Below, in pieces: positions 28,150 through 38,158 of a stretch of 64,000 nt of DNA. A model generated the notes under the pieces. It saw only the letters and a list, made by a program, of their open reading frames with translations. It was not told where the DNA came from and searched no databases. The translations under genes and the position numbers were made by a program. The stretch comes from Candidatus Thorarchaeota archaeon (GTDB lineage Archaea > Asgardarchaeota > Thorarchaeia > Thorarchaeales > Thorarchaeaceae): assembly GCA_048882045.1 (NCBI GenBank), contig JBHLRZ010000002.1, positions 128,001 to 192,000 of the forward strand, written 5' to 3'. How positions within the stretch are numbered: the stretch's first letter is position 1; each line of letters begins with the position of its first letter.

Positions 28150-28775
28150 TCCATATCCTCCTCAGGAACAAAACGAACAACTGTACCATCGCGCAACCAG
28201 TGACTCACATTGGCTGCTGGAAGTTTGGCAACGGACTCCTTCTTGAAAGGTCCATAGGTTTTCTCATCAAGACCCATTACCTGCTCTTCGATCTCACGTA
28301 AGAACCTGACATAGACATAGTCAATCTCATCAGAGTCTGATGCAAGATCAGAGTCTTTTTTCTTTGCCTCTTTCTTCTGCCTTTTCTTTTTCTTCTTCGT
28401 TGATGGAGTTCCAGCCAGTGAGTCCTTAACGAACTCTGTGTGTCCATCTAGAGCGTTCTGAAACCTGTTATAGAAGTCCTCTTCTGAGAGGGTCATGTCC
28501 CCTCTTGGTCGATGACCTGACAAAGCAGCCCTCAGAATTTTCTGTTTTCGAATATTGAGCAGGTCCTCTATCATGAACTCAAGATTAAGGATCTCTTGTG
28601 TTAGGATATCCGCTTGAATGCGTTCTTCTGAACCAAGAGCCGCTAAGGAGAGTCGTACATTGGAAAGATATGATACCATTTTACTGAGTTTCAAATCACC
28701 CAAATCTTGAAGTCCTTCATTCTCTTGTTCACTCTTCCATGCTGATTGTATGTCTGAATATCCTAGCTCACTCAA
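28146..28775 (-). CDS. GINS51 (Gins15) subunit
   Basis: WKSEQENEGLQDL, LLNIRKQKI, C-terminal VRFL..MGLDEKTYGPF; follows priS. Confidence 0.88.
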   Translation of the reverse strand: MSELGYSDIQSAWKSEQENEGLQDLGDLKLSKMVSYLSNVRLSLAALGSEERIQADILTQEILNLEFMIEDLLNIRKQKILRAALSGHRPRGDMTLSEEDFYNRFQNALDGHTEFVKDSLAGTPSTKKKKKRQKKEAKKKDSDLASDSDEIDYVYVRFLREIEEQVMGLDEKTYGPFKKESVAKLPAANVSHWLRDGTVVRFVPEEDME

Positions 28776-30156
28776 TTATAGCAACTCCTTTACACAATGC
28801 AAAAGCTGCAGATGCTGAAGGCAGCTCTACAGATTCACCATGGAATGGACCATATTCTTCATCACCAATTCTGTAACGAGGGACGCCTGGGTCATCGTAG
28901 AGAAATTTGACCCTCATATGTCCTTCATTGAATGCGACTGCATCACGAAATGGGTCGAAATCATCCAATTGTTCACGAGTCAATTTTGTAACTGTAAATC
29001 CGGTCTTGCCATTAAGACTACCTATCAATCGTATAACTCTATGAATATCATGTGTCACAGGCCGGTCAATCTCCCCACCATAATATTCAGCCGCTCGTTC
29101 AGCAATTTCTTGCCATGATTTCAATCCAATAGACTTAGCCTCCTTACTCAGGATTGGAGGTCTTCTGAGAAGACCTTCAAGAGCTGCAACCTTCCCAGCT
29201 TTGAGTGATTTTACCCACCGTTCTGTTCCAGAGTATGAGTCAATGTCACGAATGAACTTGACTATTGCGTCAGCCATCTTCCCAGACCAACCAGGAAAGT
29301 TACGATCAGGAACTCTGTTCACACTTCCTTGCGAAACAATGACTTTTTCCGAGTTCAGTCCGAGACCCATGATGTAGTGCACGATTTGGATTCTGCTGTT
29401 GGAATCAAGTGCATACACAGCTGGATCATGGACCCTTATATGATACCCTCTATGTCCACTATAGTTGAGTTTGATGGTGCTTGGATCAAAACCAAAGTCA
29501 TTGATGAGGAATTCATCATAGAGCTTAACTGTGTGTTTCTTTGCTTCTTTCAGACAGTTTTCGCATACCCATTTTCTTGTACTGAAGCTCTTCCCCTCAC
29601 AGTCAGGGCATTGATCTGGAGGAGGTCCCGAACCGGTCTTGTGGCAGCTATTGGTATTGCATCTCCAAGTGTCATGGTCTGCTGCGCAGGAGAGGTCAAG
29701 ATGATCGGCATCAATGTCAAAGACAAGTTCAGCCCCTGTCCATTCCTTTTCTTCCATAAAGCGGGCAACAGGAATGTTATAGAAAGCAGCTGAATGGTAG
29801 ATACTATGAGGTGCTACAGCGACCAAATCCTTCAATAGCTCTTCTCGGTTCAAATACCCTACATGACGTTTCCACATGGTAGTCTGAATCTCAGTAGAGC
29901 CGCAATTTGGACATGTCGTAACTGGATCAAAGGATTTTCCGGATTGCCCACAACCATAGAATACATCTTTTCCTGATTCATCACGACTTCGTCTCTTTGG
30001 ACAGAACCAGTTGTGTTCCCAACTCTGAATTCCGAACTCCTTGGTATGAATCTTTTCAGGTGTGTCAATAGAATCAGGATTGGATTTGTAGTATTCATGA
30101 AACATGAATCTTAGTTTCAGGACTGTACTTGTGAAACTCTGATTCTGTTTCGACAT
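28768..30156 (-). CDS. priS: DNA primase small subunit with Zn-ribbon insertions
   Basis: ELVFDIDAD, YSGHRGYH, IDRPVTHDIHRVIRLIGSLNGKTG. Confidence 0.95.
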   Translation of the reverse strand: MSKQNQSFTSTVLKLRFMFHEYYKSNPDSIDTPEKIHTKEFGIQSWEHNWFCPKRRSRDESGKDVFYGCGQSGKSFDPVTTCPNCGSTEIQTTMWKRHVGYLNREELLKDLVAVAPHSIYHSAAFYNIPVARFMEEKEWTGAELVFDIDADHLDLSCAADHDTWRCNTNSCHKTGSGPPPDQCPDCEGKSFSTRKWVCENCLKEAKKHTVKLYDEFLINDFGFDPSTIKLNYSGHRGYHIRVHDPAVYALDSNSRIQIVHYIMGLGLNSEKVIVSQGSVNRVPDRNFPGWSGKMADAIVKFIRDIDSYSGTERWVKSLKAGKVAALEGLLRRPPILSKEAKSIGLKSWQEIAERAAEYYGGEIDRPVTHDIHRVIRLIGSLNGKTGFTVTKLTREQLDDFDPFRDAVAFNEGHMRVKFLYDDPGVPRYRIGDEEYGPFHGESVELPSASAAFALCKGVAIIE

Positions 30157-30161
30157 GATTC

Positions 30162-30923
30162 CTACCCACGATCTGCCCTACGTTCTACCCGTGGTGCCAG
30201 AACGAAGCTAATACTACCAGCTTCTGCGATTGAATACTCTAAAAGCATTGGTTTGTTTGATGTGAATTGAAGCATCAGACTGTCACTAGCAATTGCTTTG
30301 GAGATCTCTGAAAGATAATTCAATGCATACATTGCGACTGATTTACCGGACACTTCCAATTGAAACAGCGCTGGTGCATCCCCCTTTGTTGTAAGAGCCA
30401 CATTGGCCTCTCCAGTATCACCTTCTCCTGCAAATGCAAGTTTGTCACCCTCCGCGGTTATTTTCACGTGGCTTGACACAACTGCAATGTCTTTGATTGC
30501 TTGTTTGAAAGTATCAGACAACATCTCAGCCTTAACATCGAAATCGATTCCTGGTTTCTTCGTCTGGTCTTCCGGTGGCTTTAGAAGCTGAAGCTTGAAC
30601 ACTCTGTCTGCTTGACCAATCATCTTGATCTCGAAGCGATTATCATCAAGATTGAATTCAAGATGTTCATCACCTGCCATACGCTTACTGATTTTGGTCA
30701 ATTCATCTATTCCGAGGCAGATATCATGCTCGCCCTTGCATTTGTACTCTTGGAATATGTCTTTAGGAAGGGCCAAGTCGACCATTGCTGCTTTGGATGA
30801 GTCAAGTTGACGAAGTGTTATCCCTGACTCTGAAACACGAAAGTGTGCTTCAGTGAGAAGCGTTGCCAACGAGTCTATAATCTGCTTCCAAGTCTTCGTA
30901 CTATCAAGTGTCGCGTGAAACAT
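30162..30923 (-). CDS. pcn: PCNA sliding clamp
   Basis: LDSSKAAMVDLAL, YALNYL, FVLAPRVE. Confidence 0.95.
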   Translation of the reverse strand: MFHATLDSTKTWKQIIDSLATLLTEAHFRVSESGITLRQLDSSKAAMVDLALPKDIFQEYKCKGEHDICLGIDELTKISKRMAGDEHLEFNLDDNRFEIKMIGQADRVFKLQLLKPPEDQTKKPGIDFDVKAEMLSDTFKQAIKDIAVVSSHVKITAEGDKLAFAGEGDTGEANVALTTKGDAPALFQLEVSGKSVAMYALNYLSEISKAIASDSLMLQFTSNKPMLLEYSIAEAGSISFVLAPRVERRADRG

Positions 30924-31039
30924 TCCATTATCTCCAGCTTTGAACTAGATTCTCTGAATGAGTTCAGGATTTAAAATGTACCTCTCGGCAAACCCAAGTT
31001 GATTATTACTATCATATCGAGTTGGAGGTATATGAAGAC

Positions 31040-31411
31040 CTAGCCGCTCATTGTTCGGGCGACCTTCTCTTCCATTTCTAGTGTTTCCTTGTAAAGTTCA
31101 ACATCTAACTCATCGATATTATGAGCAATTGTAACATTGAGTCTGAGCTCCATACCATCTTCTACTTTCTTCTCTGTCACTTCTCCAATTATCATGTACT
31201 TGTGTTTGATCTCAAGAGGGCCTTCAAAACTCACTGGTATCTTCTCTGCTTTCTTTACATCGTCAAAGATATCCTGTATTACAGCAAACCCTGGACCAGA
31301 ATCAACAACGATACCCATCACTCTTACTGGATGATCAGTTTCTATGGATAGGTCTCTGATCCTCATGAGTTTCGATGGTTTACGTTGGAACTTCCCTTTC
31401 TCTTCCGTCAA
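31040..31411 (-). CDS. Single OB-fold protein, RPA3/RPA14-like
   Basis: VRVMGIVV...MIIGEV...IAHNIDELDVELY plus C-terminal helix. Confidence 0.65.
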   Translation of the reverse strand: MTEEKGKFQRKPSKLMRIRDLSIETDHPVRVMGIVVDSGPGFAVIQDIFDDVKKAEKIPVSFEGPLEIKHKYMIIGEVTEKKVEDGMELRLNVTIAHNIDELDVELYKETLEMEEKVARTMSG

Positions 31412-31494
31412 GAGTGTTGCACCTCGCAGGTCACATTGGGGTCTAAAATTCGAGGGCTATAAATCTGTGGTCGTGTAGGGTGTAGAACACTTGG

Positions 31495-31824
31495 TCATCC
31501 GCCGTAGTTTCGCCATGTATGCTTACATTTTGTGCATCGGTAGAACTCTGTAGCCCCTTCATCTCCACGTCTTGTCTGAACAGTCCAGTAATATGCATCA
31601 GTATTGTCACACTTCGGGCAGGTTGCTTTTGTGACCGGCATTGGAATCGAGTCATCCTCGACGACGACAATCTTGTCTCTTGGTGTCTTCTCGATGTTCT
31701 GAGAAACTGTCAGTCTTCCTTTGATCTCCTTTGTATGGTCACAACTTCTACATTTCAGGACTCTTGAACCATCCTCCTCGGTCATTGGGACCATCATTGC
31801 ACCGCACTTTTCACAGAATTCCAT
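31495..31824 (-). CDS. tfs: Transcription factor S
   Basis: MEFCEKCGAMM, CPKC, QTRRGDE, YRCTKC. Confidence 0.95.
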   Translation of the reverse strand: MEFCEKCGAMMVPMTEEDGSRVLKCRSCDHTKEIKGRLTVSQNIEKTPRDKIVVVEDDSIPMPVTKATCPKCDNTDAYYWTVQTRRGDEGATEFYRCTKCKHTWRNYGG

Positions 31825-31886
31825 AGGAAATCAACTTCTTCGTCGGTTCATGGTGTTTTCAATTAAGCGTTATGACGATAGTCAAT

Positions 31887-32333
31887 CTAAGGTAACGAAC
31901 TAGCGTATTCTTCAAGTAGTTTCTGAAATGAGATTGCTGCAACTTCTCCCTCCCTCTTTCTGCTTGTCTTGGAATTGATATCAAGTGTCTTTGTGAGTGA
32001 TTCAACAGCTTTGATGATAGTGAGTCTACCAGAAAACCAAAGGTATGCCATGATTGCCTCGTATGAATCTGCTGCTCTACCTGCGTCCGTCCGTCGAGAG
32101 AAATGATTGTTGATTTCTGTGGCACGAATTGCTCTAGCAAGCACACTGTCTCGCACTTTCTCACCAGTTGTGTGTCCAAGAACTACTGACTTCGCAAGAG
32201 AATAGATGAAGTTGACCAAATTGTCTCCGACCTTCGCAAGACCCTTGTCGTTCATGATTGCTTCTATAGATTTATGATGAACGAAGGATTCCCACATCAG
32301 AAAGGACCCTCCAAGGTTCAATTTGGATATCAA
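31887..32333 (-). CDS. Archaeal RNase III-like protein
   Basis: DKGLAKVGDNLVNFIYSLAKS...KVRDSVLA...ADSYEA. Confidence 0.82.
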   Translation of the reverse strand: MISKLNLGGSFLMWESFVHHKSIEAIMNDKGLAKVGDNLVNFIYSLAKSVVLGHTTGEKVRDSVLARAIRATEINNHFSRRTDAGRAADSYEAIMAYLWFSGRLTIIKAVESLTKTLDINSKTSRKREGEVAAISFQKLLEEYASSLP

Positions 32334-32620
32334 TCGACGCTATGGTCAGCTGCAGCTTGTTTGAACTTCTTACGAAACTCTTCGGTTCGAGCAAGCATCT
32401 TCTCGAGTGATTCCCTAAGGACCACATTAGCCTGACGTCTTTTCGTTCTCAGAGTCAATATTGGACTTGCAAGTAGAGGATGTTCAATGTTATATCCTGC
32501 GAACTCTACAGATGCTTCCTCTAAGAGTGTCTTTCGGAGTAGATTCGGGAAAGAATGACCCTCTCCACCAATCTCAAATTTCAATTCAAATTTGGTATGT
32601 TCAATTGTTCTTGGCTTCAC
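32330..32620 (-). CDS. rpoL: RNA polymerase subunit L (Rpo11)
   Basis: GEGHSFPNLLRKTL, FAGYNIEHPL. Confidence 0.93.
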   Translation of the reverse strand: MKPRTIEHTKFELKFEIGGEGHSFPNLLRKTLLEEASVEFAGYNIEHPLLASPILTLRTKRRQANVVLRESLEKMLARTEEFRKKFKQAAADHSVD

Positions 32621-32622
32621 GT

Positions 32623-33375
32623 CTAACGTCTCCTATTATCTCTGTGGCGATCCTCGCCTCTTCTATCATCACGCCTACTTCCGCCTCTTCCTCGCTGGCT
32701 ATCATAACGTCGTCCATCTCGACCTCTACGGTCATCACGGTCGAAGCGTCTCCCCTCATATGCCCTTCTACGAGGAGCCAGGTCCGGTCTTGCTTCAAGG
32801 CCAAAGCTTATTCCATAGTCCTTTACCACTTCTCGGGTTTCTCTATTCTCGCATTTGAGGCAGAACATGTTGTTATGGGTGGTGAGTGTCAATTCATTTC
32901 CGCATTTAGAGCAGAATGCCAGATATACACCAAGATCTTGACCGACGAGAGACAACTTTACTGGCATTTCATGGGTGGTAAGAGCTACTGCACGAACGAT
33001 GTCATTTTGCTTGAGGACATCTAGCATGCTTTTGACATATCTCCGAGTAACATTGCTGATGTGTAGTTCACCTACTAGCCCACTGTGAATGTCCTTATCA
33101 TTTCTCTTCACGATTAGTACCTCGGCACGTTGTTCAAAAGCATGAGTGACCCTACCTAGGAGTATGTCGCCCTCTACAGGAAGGGCCAGTTTCATCTTGC
33201 CATCAACATTGACGACACTGATACTGCGATTCTTCAAATCCATGGCAACCCTTCCTGGAGCGGCAGCATAGACAATGCCTTCCTTCTCGTAAGTGCCATA
33301 ACTGGGCATCAATTCTTCGATGACACATAATTGGTCACCTGGTACTACAACATCACCGCTCTTTACGTCAGCCAT
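32623..33375 (-). CDS. csl4: Exosome subunit Csl4 with Arg/Asp/Gly-rich tail
   Basis: VVPGDQLCVIEE, LHISNV, DLGV..AFCSKCG..CLKC..RETR. Confidence 0.93.
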   Translation of the reverse strand: MADVKSGDVVVPGDQLCVIEELMPSYGTYEKEGIVYAAAPGRVAMDLKNRSISVVNVDGKMKLALPVEGDILLGRVTHAFEQRAEVLIVKRNDKDIHSGLVGELHISNVTRRYVKSMLDVLKQNDIVRAVALTTHEMPVKLSLVGQDLGVYLAFCSKCGNELTLTTHNNMFCLKCENRETREVVKDYGISFGLEARPDLAPRRRAYEGRRFDRDDRRGRDGRRYDSQRGRGGSRRDDRRGEDRHRDNRRR

Positions 33376-33376
33376 T

Positions 33377-34021
33377 CTAATCACACTCATTGGTGCATAT
33401 ACGATACAGATCTACATCCACCATATGTTTTGGTTTCTTATGATACTCGAACAGTCGACCAATTGGAAACTGAAACTTTTCAAGCTGCGCAATTCTTCCA
33501 CCCAGCTTCTCAATCTCGTTCTTCAGGAAGGTCCTATTCTTGTCACCTGCGAGATGCATGCTGTATATCACATCAGCAATTGAGATTGCCTTTTTCAGGA
33601 ATCTCAGGTCAGCACCTCTCTTTTTCACTCCGAATGGAGGATTACTCACAACGGTATCAACTGGACATTGGAGCTGTAGGGAGGAAACATCCCCCAAGAT
33701 CCAGTCCACAGTGTCTTCTGTTCCGAGTGAGCGTGAGTTCATTTGTGAAGCCTTTAAGGCTTTGCTTTGCACATCAATTCCAATGGCGCGGTTTGCTCCA
33801 AGTAGAGCAGCGCCAATTGCGAAGATTCCGTTTCCACAACCGAGGTCGCACACTGTCTTGTCTTTGATGTCGTTATGCTCCATCTGTGCTGCATATAGGA
33901 CCGCTGCAGCAATGGGCGCAGGAGTCGGATATTGTTCCAATGACACGTCATATCCATCCAGACGTTTCATTGACTCCAATGCCATCTCCAAATCCCTAAG
34001 TCGCATTCGAAGCACCATCAA
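33377..34021 (-). CDS. METTL5-family m6A RNA methyltransferase
   Basis: LEQYPTP, DLGCGNG, NPPFG. Confidence 0.9.
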   Translation of the reverse strand: MMVLRMRLRDLEMALESMKRLDGYDVSLEQYPTPAPIAAAVLYAAQMEHNDIKDKTVCDLGCGNGIFAIGAALLGANRAIGIDVQSKALKASQMNSRSLGTEDTVDWILGDVSSLQLQCPVDTVVSNPPFGVKKRGADLRFLKKAISIADVIYSMHLAGDKNRTFLKNEIEKLGGRIAQLEKFQFPIGRLFEYHKKPKHMVDVDLYRICTNECD

Positions 34022-34084
34022 TAGACTGAGTCCATCATATTATCCGATTATAGATGAATCATGTTATCTGTACACAGTTCTCGA

Positions 34085-34229
34085 TCTTCCAATGGTGTTG
34101 GTAATACCTGCACTTATCACTTCCATACGCTCCATAGGCTCCAGTCGAAATCCATCGGAACTGGCCTCAAATTCTTATGGAAGTATTTATGTTTGGGAAG
34201 TTACTGTACGTACTAGTTTCATACTGGAG
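34085..34229. other. Candidate replication origin / mini-ORB cluster upstream of cdc6
   Basis: CTCCAGTCGAAAT (34139-34151), TCCATCGGAAC (34151-34161), inverted GTTTCATACTGGAG (34216-34229), further TCCA units. Confidence 0.5.
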
Positions 34230-34240
34230 TAGATGAAGAG

Positions 34241-35491
34241 ATGGAGAAGCCACTCGATAAGCTGTTTGACAAGTTTTTACAGGGGCAGGCTATTTTCAGA
34301 GATAGGACTGCTCTAAGGCCCACATACGTTCCAGAAAGCCTTCCGTACAGGGATGATCAGATGAATAGAATAGGATCGATTCTAGGACCTGCACTTCGAG
34401 GTGCTCCTCCCTCCAATATCCTCTGTTATGGAAAGACTGGGACTGGAAAGACTGTTGTCGCACGCTATGTGTTAGACATGCTTGTAAGTAAGGCTGAAGA
34501 GAGCGGAGTGAACCCGCCCTTGACTGCTTTTGTCAATTGCAGAATAGTCGGGACTAATTACAGAGTTCTAAAGCGACTGTGTGACCAGATTGAAGCGACA
34601 ATGGCTGATGGATCTGAGGTTCCATTCACCGGTCTTCCCACTGATGAGATTCGAGAGGTCTTGAAGAACAAACTGGATTCAGATGCGAACATATTGACCG
34701 TGGTCTTGGATGAGGTTGACAGCCTATTGAAACGCGATCCTGGTCAGGGAAATGACATTCTCTATGGTTTGACCCGAATGAACGGTGAACTGGACAACAG
34801 CAGGATTTCTATCATCGGAATCAGCAATGACCTCAAGTTCAAGGAGATGCTTGATCCGAGAGTTCTTTCTACACTTGGAGAAGAAGAGGTAATCTTCTCG
34901 CCATACAACGCTGTAGAACTCAAGGGAATCCTGAAGCAGAGGGTCGCGCTTGCTTTCAATCCCAATGCAATCAGTGATGAAGGAGTAATCAATCTCGTAG
35001 GAGCGTTGGCAGCACAGGAGCATGGTGACGCAAGAAGAGCACTTGATCTCCTCAGAACCGCTGGTGAGCTGGCTGAGAGGAAAGGCGAGGAGAAGGTCAC
35101 GCAAGAACATGTCAGAGAGGCTCAGAAGGTGATTGAACGTGACACAATCACTGAAACCGTGAAGACTCTGCCTATGCAGTCAAAGGCTGTTTTGTTTGCA
35201 GTCTATATTCTAGTAACTCGAGGTCAGAAGGACATATTCACTGGAGAATGCTACAACGTCTACTCGGAAATTGCAAAATCCCTATCATTGGATACACTAA
35301 CACAAAGACGAGTATCTGATTTGATATCTGAGCTTGACATGCTCGGTTTGATCAACACTTCTGTGATTTCCAAAGGAAGATACGGTCGAACTAAGAAAAT
35401 CAAACTGGCTGTCAGCAAGAAACAGATTGGTGTGATACTAGACGATGACATCCGACTCAGTAGCGTGGCAAAAGACATCGAGTCAATCTGA
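34241..35491 (+). CDS. cdc6: Orc1/Cdc6 replication initiator
   Basis: YGKTGTGKT, LDEVD, GDARRALDLLR, SKGRYGRT. Confidence 0.97.
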   Translation: MEKPLDKLFDKFLQGQAIFRDRTALRPTYVPESLPYRDDQMNRIGSILGPALRGAPPSNILCYGKTGTGKTVVARYVLDMLVSKAEESGVNPPLTAFVNCRIVGTNYRVLKRLCDQIEATMADGSEVPFTGLPTDEIREVLKNKLDSDANILTVVLDEVDSLLKRDPGQGNDILYGLTRMNGELDNSRISIIGISNDLKFKEMLDPRVLSTLGEEEVIFSPYNAVELKGILKQRVALAFNPNAISDEGVINLVGALAAQEHGDARRALDLLRTAGELAERKGEEKVTQEHVREAQKVIERDTITETVKTLPMQSKAVLFAVYILVTRGQKDIFTGECYNVYSEIAKSLSLDTLTQRRVSDLISELDMLGLINTSVISKGRYGRTKKIKLAVSKKQIGVILDDDIRLSSVAKDIESI

Positions 35492-37057
35492 TATGCCATG
35501 GTAAAAGAACCTGATATCAGGCTGTCCAGTCCTGAGATTTAGTACTGTAACGATTCCTGGAGTTGGTACTACACCCTGCTTTCTCATGAAGTCTGTCTGT
35601 GATTGGAACGTTCCAGAATTGATTATCTGGACGCCTCGGTAGTTGTCAACAGCATTATGATGGGCATGACCAAAATGAACAACGTCCGGAGGTGTGTCGA
35701 TGACCATCCAGTCCCGGGGGAGTGGTGCTAGTTCAGTCTTGCCTCCATAGAGCGGAACCAAATGTCGTTTCTTGAGCAGTTCCTTCATTGGTGCTGCTGG
35801 TTCTACATAGGAAGCTCCTGGTACATTCGTAACCAAGTCGTCCATACTGTCACCATGGGTTATCAGAACATTGACGCCTTCTACTACAATCTGACTCGGA
35901 TCTCCAAGCATTGTGATACGATCTCCAAGTCTGTAGAGCGGACCCGCGAATTCTTCAGAAATGGGTGGTTTTGGCAATGCTTGTCTTACTGCATCATGGT
36001 TTCCCGGAATGCAGAATATCTTGACATGCTTTGGCAGTTTACGAATCTTACTGGCGAAGAGGGCATATTGATCATGTATGCTGGTCACTCTCAAATCAAG
36101 CCTTTGTGAAGGATATACACTGATTCCATCCACCATGTCTCCTGCAATGAAGAGGTAGTGTATTTTACTCACCATGCTTTTGTCGGCTTCTTCAACACCA
36201 CGACCGTTCATCCAGTCAACGAAAGAGTCAAACTCGTCTTCCAAGAATTCCTTACTTCCACAGTGGATGTCAGAAATGAAGGCAGCGTAGACATCTCGTT
36301 TAGCCCTTCCTGCTGGGCGGGCTGTTGGGATATCTGGGAAAATCACATCGTCTGCAATCATTCGGGCTTCTTCATCCACATATCCAGATATACACACGAC
36401 CTCATCAAGCAGGAGTGAGTTTGCCTTCTCAGCTAGCTGCTGACCCTTGAACCCTTCCCGAGTTGCAGGAATTACACAGATTATCGTAGAATAGAGTTCC
36501 TCCATCTGATTTTCTCTATTGACTTTCTCTATATGCTCTAGCTCAACAACTACATTACTTGATCGAGAGAGGTTCCTCTCTTTTACAACACCCAGCACAA
36601 TTTGGGATGGTCTGGCTGGTGTACGCATACCCTCTAAGCTCATTGCTTTTCTTGTTTTAGCTGATTCCTTCCTAAGCTTCGCAGTGTATGGAGAAACAGC
36701 ATTTTGGGTATCGATTCGGTTCATATAGATACGACTGATTCGCGAGAACCGATCACGAAACAGTTTCAGAAAATCTTCAACAGTACCTTCAGAACCAACT
36801 AAATTCTGCTCAGGATTCTTCTCTATTCGATAATCCCAGAGAGGTCCTTCAAGGAATGATTCAATATACGATCTTGACAGAACCTGAGGATGCTCATTGA
36901 CTTTCAGAATCTCTGTGACCGTATCCATTGGTGACTCCTGATTCAGCACGTATTCTAATGCTTCTGGCGTTATTTGGAGCCCTGACTCTATTAGAAACTT
37001 CAACACATTACGTCGAATACTAGAGGTCAACGAGTCACCGAATGAAGAGATACCCAC
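35483..37057 (-). CDS. polD1: DNA polymerase D small (proofreading) subunit DP1
   Basis: ISDIHCGS, GDMVDG, PGNHDA, HG.S.DD, KRHL.P.YG, GHAH, NSGTFQ.QT.F. Confidence 0.93.
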   Translation of the reverse strand: MGISSFGDSLTSSIRRNVLKFLIESGLQITPEALEYVLNQESPMDTVTEILKVNEHPQVLSRSYIESFLEGPLWDYRIEKNPEQNLVGSEGTVEDFLKLFRDRFSRISRIYMNRIDTQNAVSPYTAKLRKESAKTRKAMSLEGMRTPARPSQIVLGVVKERNLSRSSNVVVELEHIEKVNRENQMEELYSTIICVIPATREGFKGQQLAEKANSLLLDEVVCISGYVDEEARMIADDVIFPDIPTARPAGRAKRDVYAAFISDIHCGSKEFLEDEFDSFVDWMNGRGVEEADKSMVSKIHYLFIAGDMVDGISVYPSQRLDLRVTSIHDQYALFASKIRKLPKHVKIFCIPGNHDAVRQALPKPPISEEFAGPLYRLGDRITMLGDPSQIVVEGVNVLITHGDSMDDLVTNVPGASYVEPAAPMKELLKKRHLVPLYGGKTELAPLPRDWMVIDTPPDVVHFGHAHHNAVDNYRGVQIINSGTFQSQTDFMRKQGVVPTPGIVTVLNLRTGQPDIRFFYHGISD

Positions 37058-37167
37058 TTCCCGTTTTAAACGTCTTCCATCTCAACCAGTAGAAAACTCC
37101 ATGTGCGGGAAATGTAATAAGCCCCTGTCTGGACCGAATGTTCGACTTTCTTCTCCAGGTGAGAGTA

Positions 37168-38148
37168 ATGGTAATCACAAGAACTCTGCAACAAACTGGT
37201 GGCAAAACTGGTAGCTCATTTCTAATCATCCTCCCAAAGGACTGGGTGACCAAACAGAATCTGAGCAAGGGGGACGCTGTTTTCATTGCAGAACGAGAGG
37301 ATGGCTGTTTGATAATCGATCCTCGTTTTGCAAAGACTGGAGAACCAAGAATAACAACAGCTAAGATTCAGACGAATCTGCGTTGGGAGATAACAAGCAG
37401 ATACTTACTTGGTTTTGACGAGATTCGTATCGTGAGCAAGGACCCAATCAGCAACGAACAACGTGATGAACTAAAACGAATTATCAAACGTTTTGTCGCG
37501 CTTGAAATAACTGAAGATGACGACCACCAGATTGTGCTTCGGTGTCTTGTTGACCCATCGACATTGCCTGTGAATACAGCAATGCGAAGGATGCATCAGA
37601 TCACATCAAGAATGATTAATGACTCACTGAACGCATATTTCATTGGAGATAGAGAGGCTGCAGATGAAGTTGTTAGGCGTGATGAAGAAGTTGACCGACT
37701 GTTCTTTCTCATTGTCAGGGAACTCAGGTCGGCAATCCAATACCCTCGAATGAGTGAGGCAATGAAACTCACTCCTGTAAAAGCACTGGACTTTCGTTTG
37801 GCCGTGCAGTACATCGAGCGAATCGCTGACTTGGCTGTGGATATAGCACAACGAGTCGATGAATCGATTGATGCATCTCTGGTGAAAAAGATCGAACCTA
37901 TCGTGAAGGATGTGCTCGATATGCTCTCTGATGCTGTCAAGAACCTGTTTAAATTCGATTCAAAGAAGGTGACTTCAGTAATCAATGCTGAGAATCGATT
38001 GATTTCAAAGACCGCAAAGCTTAGGCAACACATTGTAGCTACACCAAATGGTCAGCCGCAAACACAGGTCTTAGTAGTAGACAGTCTACTAAGAATGGGA
38101 GAAGCAGCGAAAGACATTGTGGACCTTGCCCTGCCGCTACATGAATAG
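37168..38148 (+). CDS. phoU: AbrB-PhoU phosphate uptake regulator
   Basis: RTLQQTGG..SSFLIILPKDW, DEEVDRLFFL, ERIAD. Confidence 0.88.
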   Translation: MVITRTLQQTGGKTGSSFLIILPKDWVTKQNLSKGDAVFIAEREDGCLIIDPRFAKTGEPRITTAKIQTNLRWEITSRYLLGFDEIRIVSKDPISNEQRDELKRIIKRFVALEITEDDDHQIVLRCLVDPSTLPVNTAMRRMHQITSRMINDSLNAYFIGDREAADEVVRRDEEVDRLFFLIVRELRSAIQYPRMSEAMKLTPVKALDFRLAVQYIERIADLAVDIAQRVDESIDASLVKKIEPIVKDVLDMLSDAVKNLFKFDSKKVTSVINAENRLISKTAKLRQHIVATPNGQPQTQVLVVDSLLRMGEAAKDIVDLALPLHE

Positions 38149-38158
38149 AGGAATTATA

